Source: Rhodosorus marinus CCMP1338
Taxonomy: Eukaryota; Plantae; Rhodophyta
Reading direction: 5' to 3'
Length of the DNA: 64,000 nucleotides
Assembly (NCBI GenBank): GCA_029953675.1
Contig: JAMWBK010000004.1
Coordinates: forward strand, 248,001-312,000
Part shown: in pieces, positions 39,909-52,249 of the stretch
Numbering within the stretch: position 1 is the stretch's first letter
Layout: each line of letters starts with the position of its first letter
Position numbers and translations under genes: made by a program
The notes under the pieces: generated by a model
The model's database searches: none
The model's input: the letters and a program-made list of their open reading frames with translations, nothing else
Told to the model about the DNA's origin: nothing

Positions 39909-39939
<31 letters not shown>

Positions 39940-41281
39940 TCGACACCGTCTCCATCACGACGTGAACGCGATTTCCTCGAGCGTCTCGATCTTCGGTTCC
40001 CGTTAACCCTCATCCTCTTTACGCCGTCTGCCACGTCCTCATCCGATTCAAACTCAGATTCCAACATGTAGTTTCCATAGTCAATCTCCTCTTCTGTGTC
40101 GCTGTAGATTTCTGCCAGTTTTCTCTCATACTCTTCCTCATCATCTTGGCCAGCGCCAAAGTTCAGCTGCTTCCTCCTGAACCTAAGAGCGACAAGCGCA
40201 TAGGCCAGCACTAGATCCTTTAGCGAACAAGGTCGGGGTCGGTAGCTTCAAGCGAGGTGACTTGGTCCAGACCAAAAGCACAGCGTACCTGTTCTCGCCG
40301 ATGATAAAGTCCGGATCTATAAGGTTCTTCCCAGCTACGGGCAGGTCGTATGAAACCACCTCTGTGCCATCTCCGTCGAACAGCACGCAGTGACCGAGAA
40401 GTGACAAGTCTTTCGTACCAATAGGAAAGACCAACCCACCGTTTGGGGCTTGTAACTTGTCGCCGACTAGGATCGTTACGGCCGTCTTGAAAGTGCGGGT
40501 GGCGTTGACCAACGTCTCTCGCATCCTGGCAAATTCTCCGTATGACATCTCTTCAAACCACTATCCATTGGTTGACAAGAAATCCTTTCTCAGACACTCG
40601 GCACATGCAATCAAGTATTCTTGCCAGTTTGCATCTCATACCTCAATCAGCCTAATTCGGAACTTATCAACATCTCGAATCACCTCAAATTCTCCGATTT
40701 CGTCCAGAATTCTGCGAAGCTCTCGGAATTGATTGTTAACCAAACCAACCAGATCAGATTTTCGGTTTACCCTTAGAAGATGTGCCTTGAAGGTCATGGA
40801 TACAATGCTGAAGAACTGACGGCAATCATAGCCGCAGGAATGAGATTTTCATGAGCTCTCCACGAAAGCAGGATTGATAGGCGTTCGAGAAAGTGAGCGT
40901 ACTTTCGCAAAGCTCTCTTGAGAGATTCGCAGAGACGGAGACTGGGTAGCCTCGAAGAAGATCTGTCGAACAGCCTCCTCAGAGTACACCCTTGACTTTT
41001 GAAACACACTCTGCATAAAGAGCTCATTGAAGACTGAACCTATCGCCTCCCCGAGAACTAAATTGGACAAAACGAAAAAGAAACAAAGTCAAGCACGCGA
41101 GCAGGACTAGAAGTCAGCAAAGCCAAAAAAAAATTCGCTAAAAGGGCAACAACGGTCGCTCACTTTCGCTTCTCTTATGACCCGGCAAATTCGACTGCTC
41201 GCTCAATCGATGATCCAAAACGAACAAGTACTCAAAGGACATACATCCTACCAGCACCGGATTCGCTGACATAGACACCAT
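39690..41281 (-). CDS. OSCP1: OSCP1 homolog with acidic/poly-Lys C-terminal extension, multi-exon
   Basis: MSANPVLVGCMSFEYLFVLDHRLSEQ, VLGEAIGSVFNELFMQSVFQKSRVYSEEAVRQIF, MSYGEFARMRETL...[19 protein letters not shown] follow the OSCP1 pattern (GEMLYILDQRL / FMEELFKPQELYS / GEFQLIRQTL..VSMFLKDKVQNNNGRFVLP) in order, compared from memory. Confidence 0.78.
39900..39938 (-). repeat. (AAG)~13 microsatellite encoding poly-Lys in the OSCP1 last exon
   Basis: Perfect CTT run on the + strand. Confidence 0.9.
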
Positions 41282-42710
41282 CTTGTCCAGAAAGACCTCA
41301 AAAGAAGGATAAAAAACCACCACCACCCTCAACAACTCAAAACACCCATTCCCACCCTCCCCCCTCAACAAACTCCCTCCAATTACTTACAAAAAACACA
41401 AAATCTTCCCGAAATCGGAACAAATCCTTCTCACTCTTTACTCATTAGGTTTCATCCTACCTTCTAGTATAACCCTAATCCTCCCTCACACCCTCCTCCC
41501 CCTCCCTCCCCACCTCGTTCCTCCCACTCTTATGTCTCCCCAATCCGCTCCCCTTCTCTTTTCTCTCTGTTTATATATTCCACTTTTTACCAAACAAGCG
41601 TTACCTGTCCAACTGCGTTACCTGTCCACACCATAGACACGAAACTCACCAAAAAGAAATTATGTCCCGCTTTCTAGCAAAAAAACGAAAAGCTAAATTC
41701 TGCCCCGACTGTTATCTGTCAACCTTATAGATAGGTGACACGTTCTGGATATCAATCATTATGATAATGTTGTGTTATAATGATTGGACGAGAGGAACCC
41801 TTTTGGGGGGTTAAGTTAGGTTGGGGTTACTTACGTCAAGGGGGTGGGGGTGAGGGTGCGGGTGGGGTTGGGATTGATGATAGTATTTACTAACGAAGAG
41901 CTGGGACGGTTGTCAATTGGGAGACAAGTTACTAGGAGCTAAGGTATGAAAGTCAAGGGTGACTGGTAGCGAGGTTGGGGGAATATATGGGTAGAGCATT
42001 GTGGCGATGCTAAGCTGACGGGGAAAGCACTAGGTACTCTGGCGGATGGATGGGCGCCGGGCTTTTTCCGAGGTGACTGGACTGGTTCCGGGCACGATCG
42101 GGTGGATCAAGTGCAGGTTTCTGCTGTTCGTTGGGTCTCAATTGGTCGCTGGTATTCCTGCTGGGAGAGTCCCGCCATCGAAACGGAAGAACTTGTCAGG
42201 GGGAATATATTTGTGCGTTTAGTAAAAACTGTACAATAGCGAAAAGCTTGGGGTCGAGGAGGGCCTGTGCCGTGGACGCGGTGGACGTGCAGCGGCAACT
42301 GGGCGGGCTCTAGTACACGCGAAGAGTTTGCCTAGGTTACGGCAGGGGCTGCCTCTCCTCTTCCGAATGCGGGGTTCCGCCTGTGTTGCAACCTGGTCCA
42401 AAACCTAAAGAGCATGATGAAGAATAGGATTCAGGACCTACGCTTGAGTTCTCAAAGGTAACTGTAACCCAAGCAAAAGCTTTTTTATCATATGCAAAAG
42501 AGGATAGGCTGCCGTGACTCAGAAAGTTGTTGCATTGGTGAAGGTTTTTCGACATTGCTTCCAAAAAATGAAATTTTCGGAGTTGGTGAAAACACTCGTC
42601 ATCGCTGTGGAGCCCTCTCGCGAAAGAAGTATGACATGCTCAACTCTGCGTATGGTCGTTCTCACCGTTTCGCCTTCAACCGATATAGATGCACACGTGA
42701 CAGCCGAGTT

Positions 42711-43667
42711 CTAAATGACGAGATCCAGCTCCGGCCGCCCGTAAACGTTTCCGGTCTCCTTATCATCGGGTATTCTTGGATACGCAGGTGAGAGTCCATC
42801 TTGCGAGTAGACATACAGGTTGTTGTAAATCTTCCAGTAAATCTCTCTCACGTGACGAGCCGGATGGAAAAGGCCCTGAAGGACGTAGGACAGGATTACC
42901 CCTGGACCCAATGCGACCATAATTCCCTGTCACAAGCAGTGAAGAACGTCGACACGTCAGCAATCTAGCAGATCCCTGACCCTTTCCTGGTGGCTTACCT
43001 GAATCGCGGACATCACCGCATTGATAACGTGGGGAGATGTTTCGAAAATATTCGGCCACACGTGATTCAGCAAATGAAGCAAAGCATCTTCACAACCGAG
43101 TCCCTGAACGCCAAGCGCTAAATGCCCCAGCGCTGAACATGCTGTCTGCCGATGAACAAGATCCCTGTCAATGAGTGCATCCTCTAACAACGGCGTCACA
43201 GCGTAGATGTAGTCCTTTGACGTTTCTCCAATATATTCGCAGAGGAAAGAAAGGGACTTGAGCACGCCATTCTGCACATTCAGCTCCGGGATCCGGTACT
43301 CGTTCATCAACGCCGGAAGTACGGTAAACGGCTGGCAAGTTTCCGCAACGATTGCAATTGCAACTGTTGTGCAGACTCGTTGCTGTCGCTCCTGTACTTT
43401 CAGGTTGTTAAGCAGCGTAGCCAGGACATCTGACGGACCAATGGCCTTGGCGATGTAGCCGAATGTGCTCACTGCAGCTCTCCGAATTGCCTGCAGAAGA
43501 ACGAGAACGGTCAACACAGATTGAGCAAATGTCTCGAGTAACGATGCGAGCGTTACAAATGGCCTACCTTCTTCGGAGCTTTCAAGAGTTCCAAAAGCTC
43601 GAAACAGATTCTCATCCATTCCCGAGAAGATACATACTCCGCTCCCCTATCAGCGATTCGTCCTACC
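42711..43667 (-). pseudogene. SF3B1: Duplicated 3' fragment of SF3B1 (promoterless; fused out of frame behind OSCP1 5' copy)
   Basis: Encodes [13 protein letters not shown]...[35 protein letters not shown]...ELDLVI*; truncated at the duplication junction. Confidence 0.9.
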
Positions 43668-44550
43668 AAGTGACAAGTCTTTCGTACCAATAGGAAAGAC
43701 CAACCCACCGTTTGGGGCTTGTAACTTGTCGCCGACTAGGATCGTTACGGCCGTCTTGAAAGTGCGGGTGGCGTTGACCAACGTCTCTCGCATCCTGGCA
43801 AATTCTCCGTATGACATCTCTTCAAACCACTATCCATTGGTTGACAAGAAATCCTTTCTCAGACACTCGGCACATGCAATCAAGTATTCTTGCCAGTTTG
43901 CATCTCATACCTCAATCAGCCTAATTCGGAACTTATCAACATCTCGAATCACCTCAAATTCTCCGATTTCGTCCAGAATTCTGCGAAGCTCTCGGAATTG
44001 ATTGTTAACCAAACCAACCAGATCAGATTTTCGGTTTACCCTTAGAAGATGTGCCTTGAAGGTCATGGATACAATGCTGAAGAACTGACGGCAATCATAG
44101 CCGCAGGAATGAGATTTTCATGAGCTCTCCACGAAAGCAGGATTGATAGGCGTTCGAGAAAGTGAGCGTACTTTCGCAAAGCTCTCTTGAGAGATTCGCA
44201 GAGACGGAGACTGGGTAGCCTCGAAGAAGATCTGTCGAACAGCCTCCTCAGAGTACACCCTTGACTTTTGAAACACACTCTGCATAAAGAGCTCATTGAA
44301 GACTGAACCTATCGCCTCCCCGAGAACTAAATTGGACAAAACGAAAAAGAAACAAAGTCAAGCACGCGAGCAGGACTAGAAGTCAGCAAAGCCAAAAAAA
44401 AATTCGCTAAAAGGGCAACAACGGTCGCTCACTTTCGCTTCTCTTATGACCCGGCAAATTCGACTGCTCGCTCAATCGATGATCCAAAACGAACAAGTAC
44501 TCAAAGGACATACATCCTACCAGCACCGGATTCGCTGACATAGACACCAT
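43668..44550 (-). pseudogene. OSCP1: Duplicated 5' part of OSCP1 (with promoter), truncated at junction
   Basis: Identical to 40399-41281; the frame reads ...[10 protein letters not shown] into SF3B1 sequence. Confidence 0.88.
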
Positions 44551-45979
44551 CTTGTCCAGAAAGACCTCAAAAGAAGGATAAAAAACCACCACCACCCTCA
44601 ACAACTCAAAACACCCATTCCCACCCTCCCCCCTCAACAAACTCCCTCCAATTACTTACAAAAAACACAAAATCTTCCCGAAATCGGAACAAATCCTTCT
44701 CACTCTTTACTCATTAGGTTTCATCCTACCTTCTAGTATAACCCTAATCCTCCCTCACACCCTCCTCCCCCTCCCTCCCCACCTCGTTCCTCCCACTCTT
44801 ATGTCTCCCCAATCCGCTCCCCTTCTCTTTTCTCTCTGTTTATATATTCCACTTTTTACCAAACAAGCGTTACCTGTCCAACTGCGTTACCTGTCCACAC
44901 CATAGACACGAAACTCACCAAAAAGAAATTATGTCCCGCTTTCTAGCAAAAAAACGAAAAGCTAAATTCTGCCCCGACTGTTATCTGTCAACCTTATAGA
45001 TAGGTGACACGTTCTGGATATCAATCATTATGATAATGTTGTGTTATAATGATTGGACGAGAGGAACCCTTTTGGGGGGTTAAGTTAGGTTGGGGTTACT
45101 TACGTCAAGGGGGTGGGGGTGAGGGTGCGGGTGGGGTTGGGATTGATGATAGTATTTACTAACGAAGAGCTGGGACGGTTGTCAATTGGGAGACAAGTTA
45201 CTAGGAGCTAAGGTATGAAAGTCAAGGGTGACTGGTAGCGAGGTTGGGGGAATATATGGGTAGAGCATTGTGGCGATGCTAAGCTGACGGGGAAAGCACT
45301 AGGTACTCTGGCGGATGGATGGGCGCCGGGCTTTTTCCGAGGTGACTGGACTGGTTCCGGGCACGATCGGGTGGATCAAGTGCAGGTTTCTGCTGTTCGT
45401 TGGGTCTCAATTGGTCGCTGGTATTCCTGCTGGGAGAGTCCCGCCATCGAAACGGAAGAACTTGTCAGGGGGAATATATTTGTGCGTTTAGTAAAAACTG
45501 TACAATAGCGAAAAGCTTGGGGTCGAGGAGGGCCTGTGCCGTGGACGCGGTGGACGTGCAGCGGCAACTGGGCGGGCTCTAGTACACGCGAAGAGTTTGC
45601 CTAGGTTACGGCAGGGGCTGCCTCTCCTCTTCCGAATGCGGGGTTCCGCCTGTGTTGCAACCTGGTCCAAAACCTAAAGAGCATGATGAAGAATAGGATT
45701 CAGGACCTACGCTTGAGTTCTCAAAGGTAACTGTAACCCAAGCAAAAGCTTTTTTATCATATGCAAAAGAGGATAGGCTGCCGTGACTCAGAAAGTTGTT
45801 GCATTGGTGAAGGTTTTTCGACATTGCTTCCAAAAAATGAAATTTTCGGAGTTGGTGAAAACACTCGTCATCGCTGTGGAGCCCTCTCGCGAAAGAAGTA
45901 TGACATGCTCAACTCTGCGTATGGTCGTTCTCACCGTTTCGCCTTCAACCGATATAGATGCACACGTGACAGCCGAGTT

Positions 45980-48900
45980 CTAAATGACGAGATCCAGCTC
46001 CGGCCGCCCGTAAACGTTTCCGGTCTCCTTATCATCGGGTATTCTTGGATACGCAGGTGAGAGTCCATCTTGCGAGTAGACATACAGGTTGTTGTAAATC
46101 TTCCAGTAAATCTCTCTCACGTGACGAGCCGGATGGAAAAGGCCCTGAAGGACGTAGGACAGGATTACCCTGGACCCAATGCGACCATAATTCCCTGTCA
46201 CAAGCAGTGAAGAACGTCGACACGTCAGCAATCTAGCAGATCCCTGACCCTTTCCTGGTGGCTTACCTGAATCGCGGACATCACCGCATTGATAACGTGG
46301 GGAGATGTTTCGAAAATATTCGGCCACACGTGATTCAGCAAATGAAGCAAAGCATCTTCACAACCGAGTCCCTGAACGCCAAGCGCTAAATGCCCCAGCG
46401 CTGAACATGCTGTCTGCCGATGAACAAGATCCCTGTCAATGAGTGCATCCTCTAACAACGGCGTCACAGCGTAGATGTAGTCCTTTGACGTTTCTCCAAT
46501 ATATTCGCAGAGGAAAGAAAGGGACTTGAGCACGCCATTCTGCACATTCAGCTCCGGGATCCGGTACTCGTTCATCAACGCCGGAAGTACGGTAAACGGC
46601 TGGCAAGTTTCCGCAACGATTGCAATTGCAACTGTTGTGCAGACTCGTTGCTGTCGCTCCTGTACTTTCAGGTTGTTAAGCAGCGTAGCCAGGACATCTG
46701 ACGGACCAATGGCCTTGGCGATGTAGCCGAATGTGCTCACTGCAGCTCTCCGAATTGCCTGCAGAAGAACGAGAACGGTCAACACAGATTGAGCAAATGT
46801 CTCGAGTAACGATGCGAGCGTTACAAATGGCCTACCTTCTTCGGAGCTTTCAAGAGTTCCAAAAGCTCGAAACAGATTCTCATCCATTCCCGAGAAGATA
46901 CATACTCCGCTCCCCTATCAGCGATTCGTCCTACCAAATCAATGCAGTTCTCTTGTACCTTCTCCTGCCTATTCTTCAGGATAGGTGTGAGTCTCGGAAG
47001 TAGGTCTTGAATTGGAGGGGTCATCTTTGCAATTCCAATCACGTTTACGATCGCTTTCAACCCGCCAAGAATGGAACCGAGCACATCTGGGTACTCTTCT
47101 CCAAGGTACTCGTAAAGCACGACACCTGCGTCAAAGAAAAGCAAGAAATTAATCCGTTAGATCACGTTTCCACTGCACTCTGCATCGAAGGGCTGTGACT
47201 ATCAGCCGAGCGCTTACCTAAATGCCCCATAAGAACCTCCTCGTCGCACTTCTTCATGACAGGCATGATCTTGGAGACAAGATCAGCTGCTTGTTGTCGA
47301 ACCTTGGCAGATTTGTTGTTCAATCTCCACTTAATAATCGAAGCCAGCTGTTGGAGATACGGTTTCGCCCGCAAACCCAGGGCGTTGATAAGCGTGCCAA
47401 GGCCGTTCAAGACGACAGGATTTTCATCAGAGCCTTGCTCTTGGAAGGCGAAAAGAATGCCATCAATAAGCCTTTCCTCCAGTTTCTGGTCGATGTCTGA
47501 AACCCCCAAGTCGTCTACAATCTTTTCGATTGTTTCCATGACCATCCTTCGGTAGGGTTCAGCTTCATCCTTCAGATCGTCCACAAGTCGTGTCATTATG
47601 TCCGGGCCGCCAACTTTGTTGGCCAGTTCCACGCTGGTCTCGACGAGTTGGCGATAGTTCCTGCGTCCCGAAAAAGGGAATCGCAAGTACACAGGTTAGA
47701 AGTTTGTATCTGGGTAAGCTAAACGGGCGCTGTGCACTCACCTCCTGTCCAGAGCCATTCGACGAACCCAAAAGCACCGAAAGAACTCGGGTAGAATCTC
47801 TGTCCTCACATAGCCAGCTTCTACTCCTTCGCATTGTACGCACTGCTTCACGACTTTCAGCACGATCTTCTTCATTTCATCATCGGGACTCTGGAACTCT
47901 CTGATCAGGATAACCATTACTTCCTTGGTGTAGTAGGACGCGTACTCAGCGTCCATGAGTGGTATGATGAAGCCGATAGCTTTCAGAAACGCCACAAGGG
48001 TTTTCCCGCGGTGCTGTCGGATGCCCTTCCACAGCGGTTTCAATATTGAGTCGAAGGACTCAATTCCATAGGGTGACGCCGCCTCAGCGAGCGCGGCTAG
48101 GGCAAGCGCACAGATCGTCCTGACCTTGCCCTGTTCATCACTCAGGCCATTTTCAATGATCTGCACGAGATTCCTTAAGTGAGGCAGCACCGCGCAACCC
48201 TAAGTGTGAAAAGAACCAGTTAGCAGCGGTTACACGTTTCGTGCGATCATCATCATTGCTATTATAAGAATGTCTCGAGTTACCATAAGAATTGCAATTT
48301 GCTGGACGATTTTAGTTCCCGTGTGTCTTGCCTGCCAGCTCTTCTTGCTCTTGCAAACGGCCTTCAAGAAAGGCAACAGAGCGGGGATACCCAAAGCCGA
48401 TGCAACCACTGCGAACGCTCTGGCGGTTGTGTTCCTCACATACTCATCGGGATTGTCAATGTCTGGCCTCATTGTGGCGATCATCGTTGCCAAACCAGCT
48501 GCCTTGGATAGGTTTGAAATAATTTCGCGTCCTTCCACTCTCGCGTAGTAGTTCTCGTCAATCAGCAGCGGCTCTATCGGAACTAGAATTTTGTGCACGT
48601 AAGGACGAACAAGATCGTCCAATTTGTACAAAACTCTGTCAATCACCTTCACCAGGAGATGCCTCTCATGATCCTCAAGCGTTGGGCTCATGAGTAAGGG
48701 TAGAATTTGATTTATCAGGGGGCCTGCTCCAAACTCCCTCGCCTTGTCCGTCAGGTGCCTCAGTGCTGCTTTCCTCATTGGCGGCGTGCCGTTCTTAACT
48801 CGCAGGAGAAGCCTTAGGATTCGCCTCTCCTTCTGCTCATCGGATGAAAGGGTCGATTCATCCGCATCCTTGAGGATTTTCGAAAAGGTTTGATAATCAT

Positions 48901-50189
48901 CTGGCTTCATGGAAATCCCCTGAAGTGATTCCGGTAATTCAGGAATGTCCAAGCCATCCTTCTGCAGGCTCCCCTCCTCGCCCAAAATTCGGAACTCGGG
49001 CGTTTGGGACGGGGTTGGGGTGGCCATCAGCTTCCGAGCTGGAGTCCGGATAGCCTGATAACCAGTTGGTGGATCCAGAACAATGTAGCCCTCGCTAGGA
49101 ACAAGCTGGTCAAGTTCGTCGTCTGTGAGTGGCCTATTCCTCTCATCCACTTCCATCTGCCATCTCATCGTATGATAGGCTTCCGGAGTCATGGATGGGT
49201 TCATGGGCGTCTGCATACCGTCGAAAGCGGCCGGTGTTTGCGCGGCTCCCATTCCCATCTGCGGTGTAGCACCCATGTCAACAGCTCCCGGAGCAGCAGG
49301 GGTCATGTCCCAGCGCGACTTTTTCCCGCTTGAAACATCTGGCGTTTGATCCCATCGTGAGCCCGAGGCAATGCTTCCCTCTGAGCCGCTGACGGCGCTC
49401 ATTGTCGGCGTATCTTCCACGTCCCATCTCTTTCTTCGCGGTGTTGTTCCTGCCTGATCCCATCGTGAGCCTGCTTTTGGGGTCTCAGCTACTCCATTGG
49501 CTTGCGAAGACTCTGGCGCCGGTGTTGGCTCTGCCACGTCCCACCTAGTCAAGTCAGAAAAGAAGGAAGGGATAGTGGATAAAAGTTAGCATGAGGACAA
49601 GGCAATCCCTCATTAAGCACAACTGGACACCCTACCTCCTTCTCTTCCTCTCGGGTTTGCTCTGAGTTGATGGTTTAATAGTTGATTCATCAATCTGGGG
49701 AGGAAGAGGAACAGTTGCAATTCCGTTCTCCCCTTCCTCCTCCTTCTTCTTCGCAATGGCCTTTTGCATTTCAATTTGTTCATTCTCGAGCATTCTCTCC
49801 CTCATAACATCCGCATATGATGCTCCATCCCTTCCACTTGCTGCCAAGCTATCCGCAGGCAAGACCCTATTGCGCCGTCGGGCATGGTAATCATCTTCTC
49901 GTTCCGCTATGGATTTTACTCGTGTGTCCTTGAACGGATCGTCATCCCGAGAAGCCATCGCCGCCTCGTCGAGCAATTCCTTCGGTGCGGTGAACGAATT
50001 CACCAAGCTCGTCGGAGCAGGCACCGCGGAAACTTCCGCTCCATCCACGGGCAATTCCGTCACATAATTGTTGTGCTTCCCCCTCCCGTTCCCTCCGTAG
50101 AGATCCGCATCATATCCACCCGTCGACCCAAACGCAGCACGCTCCTCCTGTAGCCGCTTAATCTCACTCTCATCCTCCTCCTCGCCCAT
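45980..50189 (-). CDS. SF3B1: Splicing factor 3B subunit 1 (full length; apparent 1-bp frameshift at 46168-46170)
   Basis: RWD/TP repeats, [62 protein letters not shown] repeats to ELDLVI*. Confidence 0.97.
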
Positions 50190-50519
50190 TTTTACCCTTC
50201 TAAAAGCACCAAAAGCTTACTTTATTCGCAATCCAAAGCCAAATAAATTCCCCTCACCCCTTCAAACACGACCGATCAGCACCATTGCTTCCCCAAATCC
50301 TCGAACCTAAATCGAAGAAAACCTCTAAAAACACAACCTAATAACGGATATCCCTTTCTCTCCCAAGTTTCAATACAATAAAATTCAAATACATCCAACA
50401 ATCCATCCCAACCTCCTCCCTCCTTCCCCCTACCTTACCCGAACTCGACCTTCCTCCCATCAGCCTTTATATCTTCACTTCAGCAGCGTCACTTTGTCGA
50501 AGATAAAAACCAGAAGAAA

Positions 50520-50745
50520 ATTCATTTGGACGCGCGCAAACTAATAATTCGTTGTAAAATACACGCGTCATATTATGATTAGTTTAAATGTCAATATTGA
50601 CTAGATCAGTCTTTTTCACGGATGCTTCTTTCGCATTCCAGAGATTCTATCCAATGTTTTTTTGGCACGCGTCAAATTAAGATTTTAACGAATGGAAACG
50701 CTAAAAGGAAAACGCGTAGTCGATTTGATTTTTAACACGTGTTCT
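50520..50745. promoter_or_regulatory. Cluster of ACGCGT (MCB-like) hexamers in divergent promoter
   Basis: ACGCGT at 50563, 50667 and 50712 plus GACGCGCGC at 50529 in AT-rich DNA upstream of SF3B1. Confidence 0.35.
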
Positions 50746-51284
50746 TTTCGATGAGCCGGGTTTTTATTGCTTTTTTTAAGTTCAGCGATTGGAAAAGGCA
50801 AGGCGGATTCGTTTCCTCGGATGGCGTGACGGCTCACGGAAGGCAAGAGCTACTGAGTTTGCCTGGCTCTCGAGCTTCATGGCACTTGAATGAGTCTCGG
50901 CGGGCTTTTTTTGTTTACTCGTTCCTCTGGACGATGGTCGAATCTGCCCGTCTCGGTGTTCGCGCTTACCTACATGAAAACATGGGGTTTGGGGACGCAC
51001 GTTTGCACACGTCGCCTGGAATGAGCTGTTGGGCTCCGAAGAAGTGGAGGACTGTCACAATATCTTCACACTGTCGACGTGTCTAATCTGTTGCAGAGAG
51101 GATGCTCTGGCTTGTGAGATCTTTCCGAAAACCAGGATAAACTGGTGTAGAAAGGCGTTAATCGATTCTGCGAGGGTCAGAGGAACTTCCATATCAGCGC
51201 TCAGAGCGTCAGATCAAACAAACTCTCAACTAGACGAACAAAATGTCCAAATAAATCGTTTCACACTCGGAAAAACAGTCATCC

Positions 51285-52078
51285 ATGTTGCAGGCTGTAG
51301 ACCACTCAAGTTCTCTCTACCTGTCGGTTGCAGAATACAAGCGCCTTGGACAACGACTGAAATGCGTAGCCCGGTTCGGAGGTAGTCGAAGATGCCTGTC
51401 TGCTAGAGGAATTCAAAGTTCCGAGTGGTTATGTGAAATACATAGGGAGAATTACCGTCTGAGATGTTTTTTTCGCTTGTTCGTCCTCTGTTGAACGGAG
51501 AGTGCGCTCAAGCTCGTTGAGTCCCTTCTCAGCGATGTGGATGCCAAAGATACGATCCAAGCACGGAAAGTTTGCTCTTCAAGTGTGGTGGCTTAAGAAC
51601 GAGGTCGGGGCGAGGTGCTTGAGGAAGGATCCCCTGGAGATTGTTGCGGAGGAGACTTCGAAGAGATGGTTGGGCAGAGCGGGAGAAGCCGCCGCGAAGG
51701 AATCGCTGACGATAGGAACGAATCTCGGGAGGAGATTGCTGGATAAAGGAATCAAAGAGGTAGCCGCTCTTCCAAATCTTTCTGAGAAGCTTGATTAGGC
51801 GTTCTGAACTCTACTAACAATTTTCTTAATCGTGGCAGGTGTACCTGGACCATTTGCAAGCGAGGAGACCGGGAATCAACGTTGGACTTTTTGCTCACCT
51901 CGCGGATGTCGTCCATGGCATGTCTCAAGAGCAAGTTCTTGTGACGATCTATACGGAAGATCTCAACCATAGTGTTCACATATCCGACCACAGCAAACTT
52001 ATGCTCTACCTGCATCAAATGCGAAAGGAAGGGGCTCACGTGGTTGGTCCAATGCTCCATTTCCCCACTCTTAAATAG
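51285..52078 (+). CDS. Probable organellar uL18-like protein, 2 introns inferred
   Basis: KIRSKHGKFALQVW...EAAAKESLTIGTNLGRRLLDKGIKEV|VYLDH resembles uL18 (RSNKHIYAQ...AAAKVGELLAER..EKGIKEVVFDR); splice GAG|gtagcc...ggcag|GTG is in frame. 5' exon tentative. Confidence 0.45.
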
Positions 52079-52249
52079 TACGATCTAACTTTAGAGAACA
52101 CCTGTGAATACAAAACTGAAGGCGAAACTCGAAAACCCCGATGAAGAGCATTGATGATCACTGCACGGTACTGTCCTTGACCCTCTGGTTTACTACTCTG
52201 GCGTCCCATCGCTGCCTTGTTGTTGGGCGCGAGTCTTCAGCGCCTTCCT

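Larger units (their letters stand above)
40399..46937. repeat. Tandem segmental duplication, 2 x ~3269 bp (40399-43669 and 43668-46937)
   Basis: ORF track entries repeat at offset 3269 then 3268 with identical translations; junction CTACC-AA-GTGACAAG has a 2-bp microhomology. Confidence 0.97.

Noticed and set aside
41465-41480. AACCCTAA as telomerase template or interstitial telomere
   Set aside because: Single short occurrence in a pyrimidine-rich promoter; at most a telo-box.
42105-42130. GATCAAGTG resembling U2 snRNA (also at ~45374)
   Set aside because: The branch-point-pairing GUAGUA and the 5' AUCGCUUCUCGGCC are absent; a 9-nt match is within chance.
42131-42313. 60-aa ORF with C-x-C spacing like a nuclear-receptor finger
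   Set aside because: No ATG, no complete CxxC pairs, no splice model.
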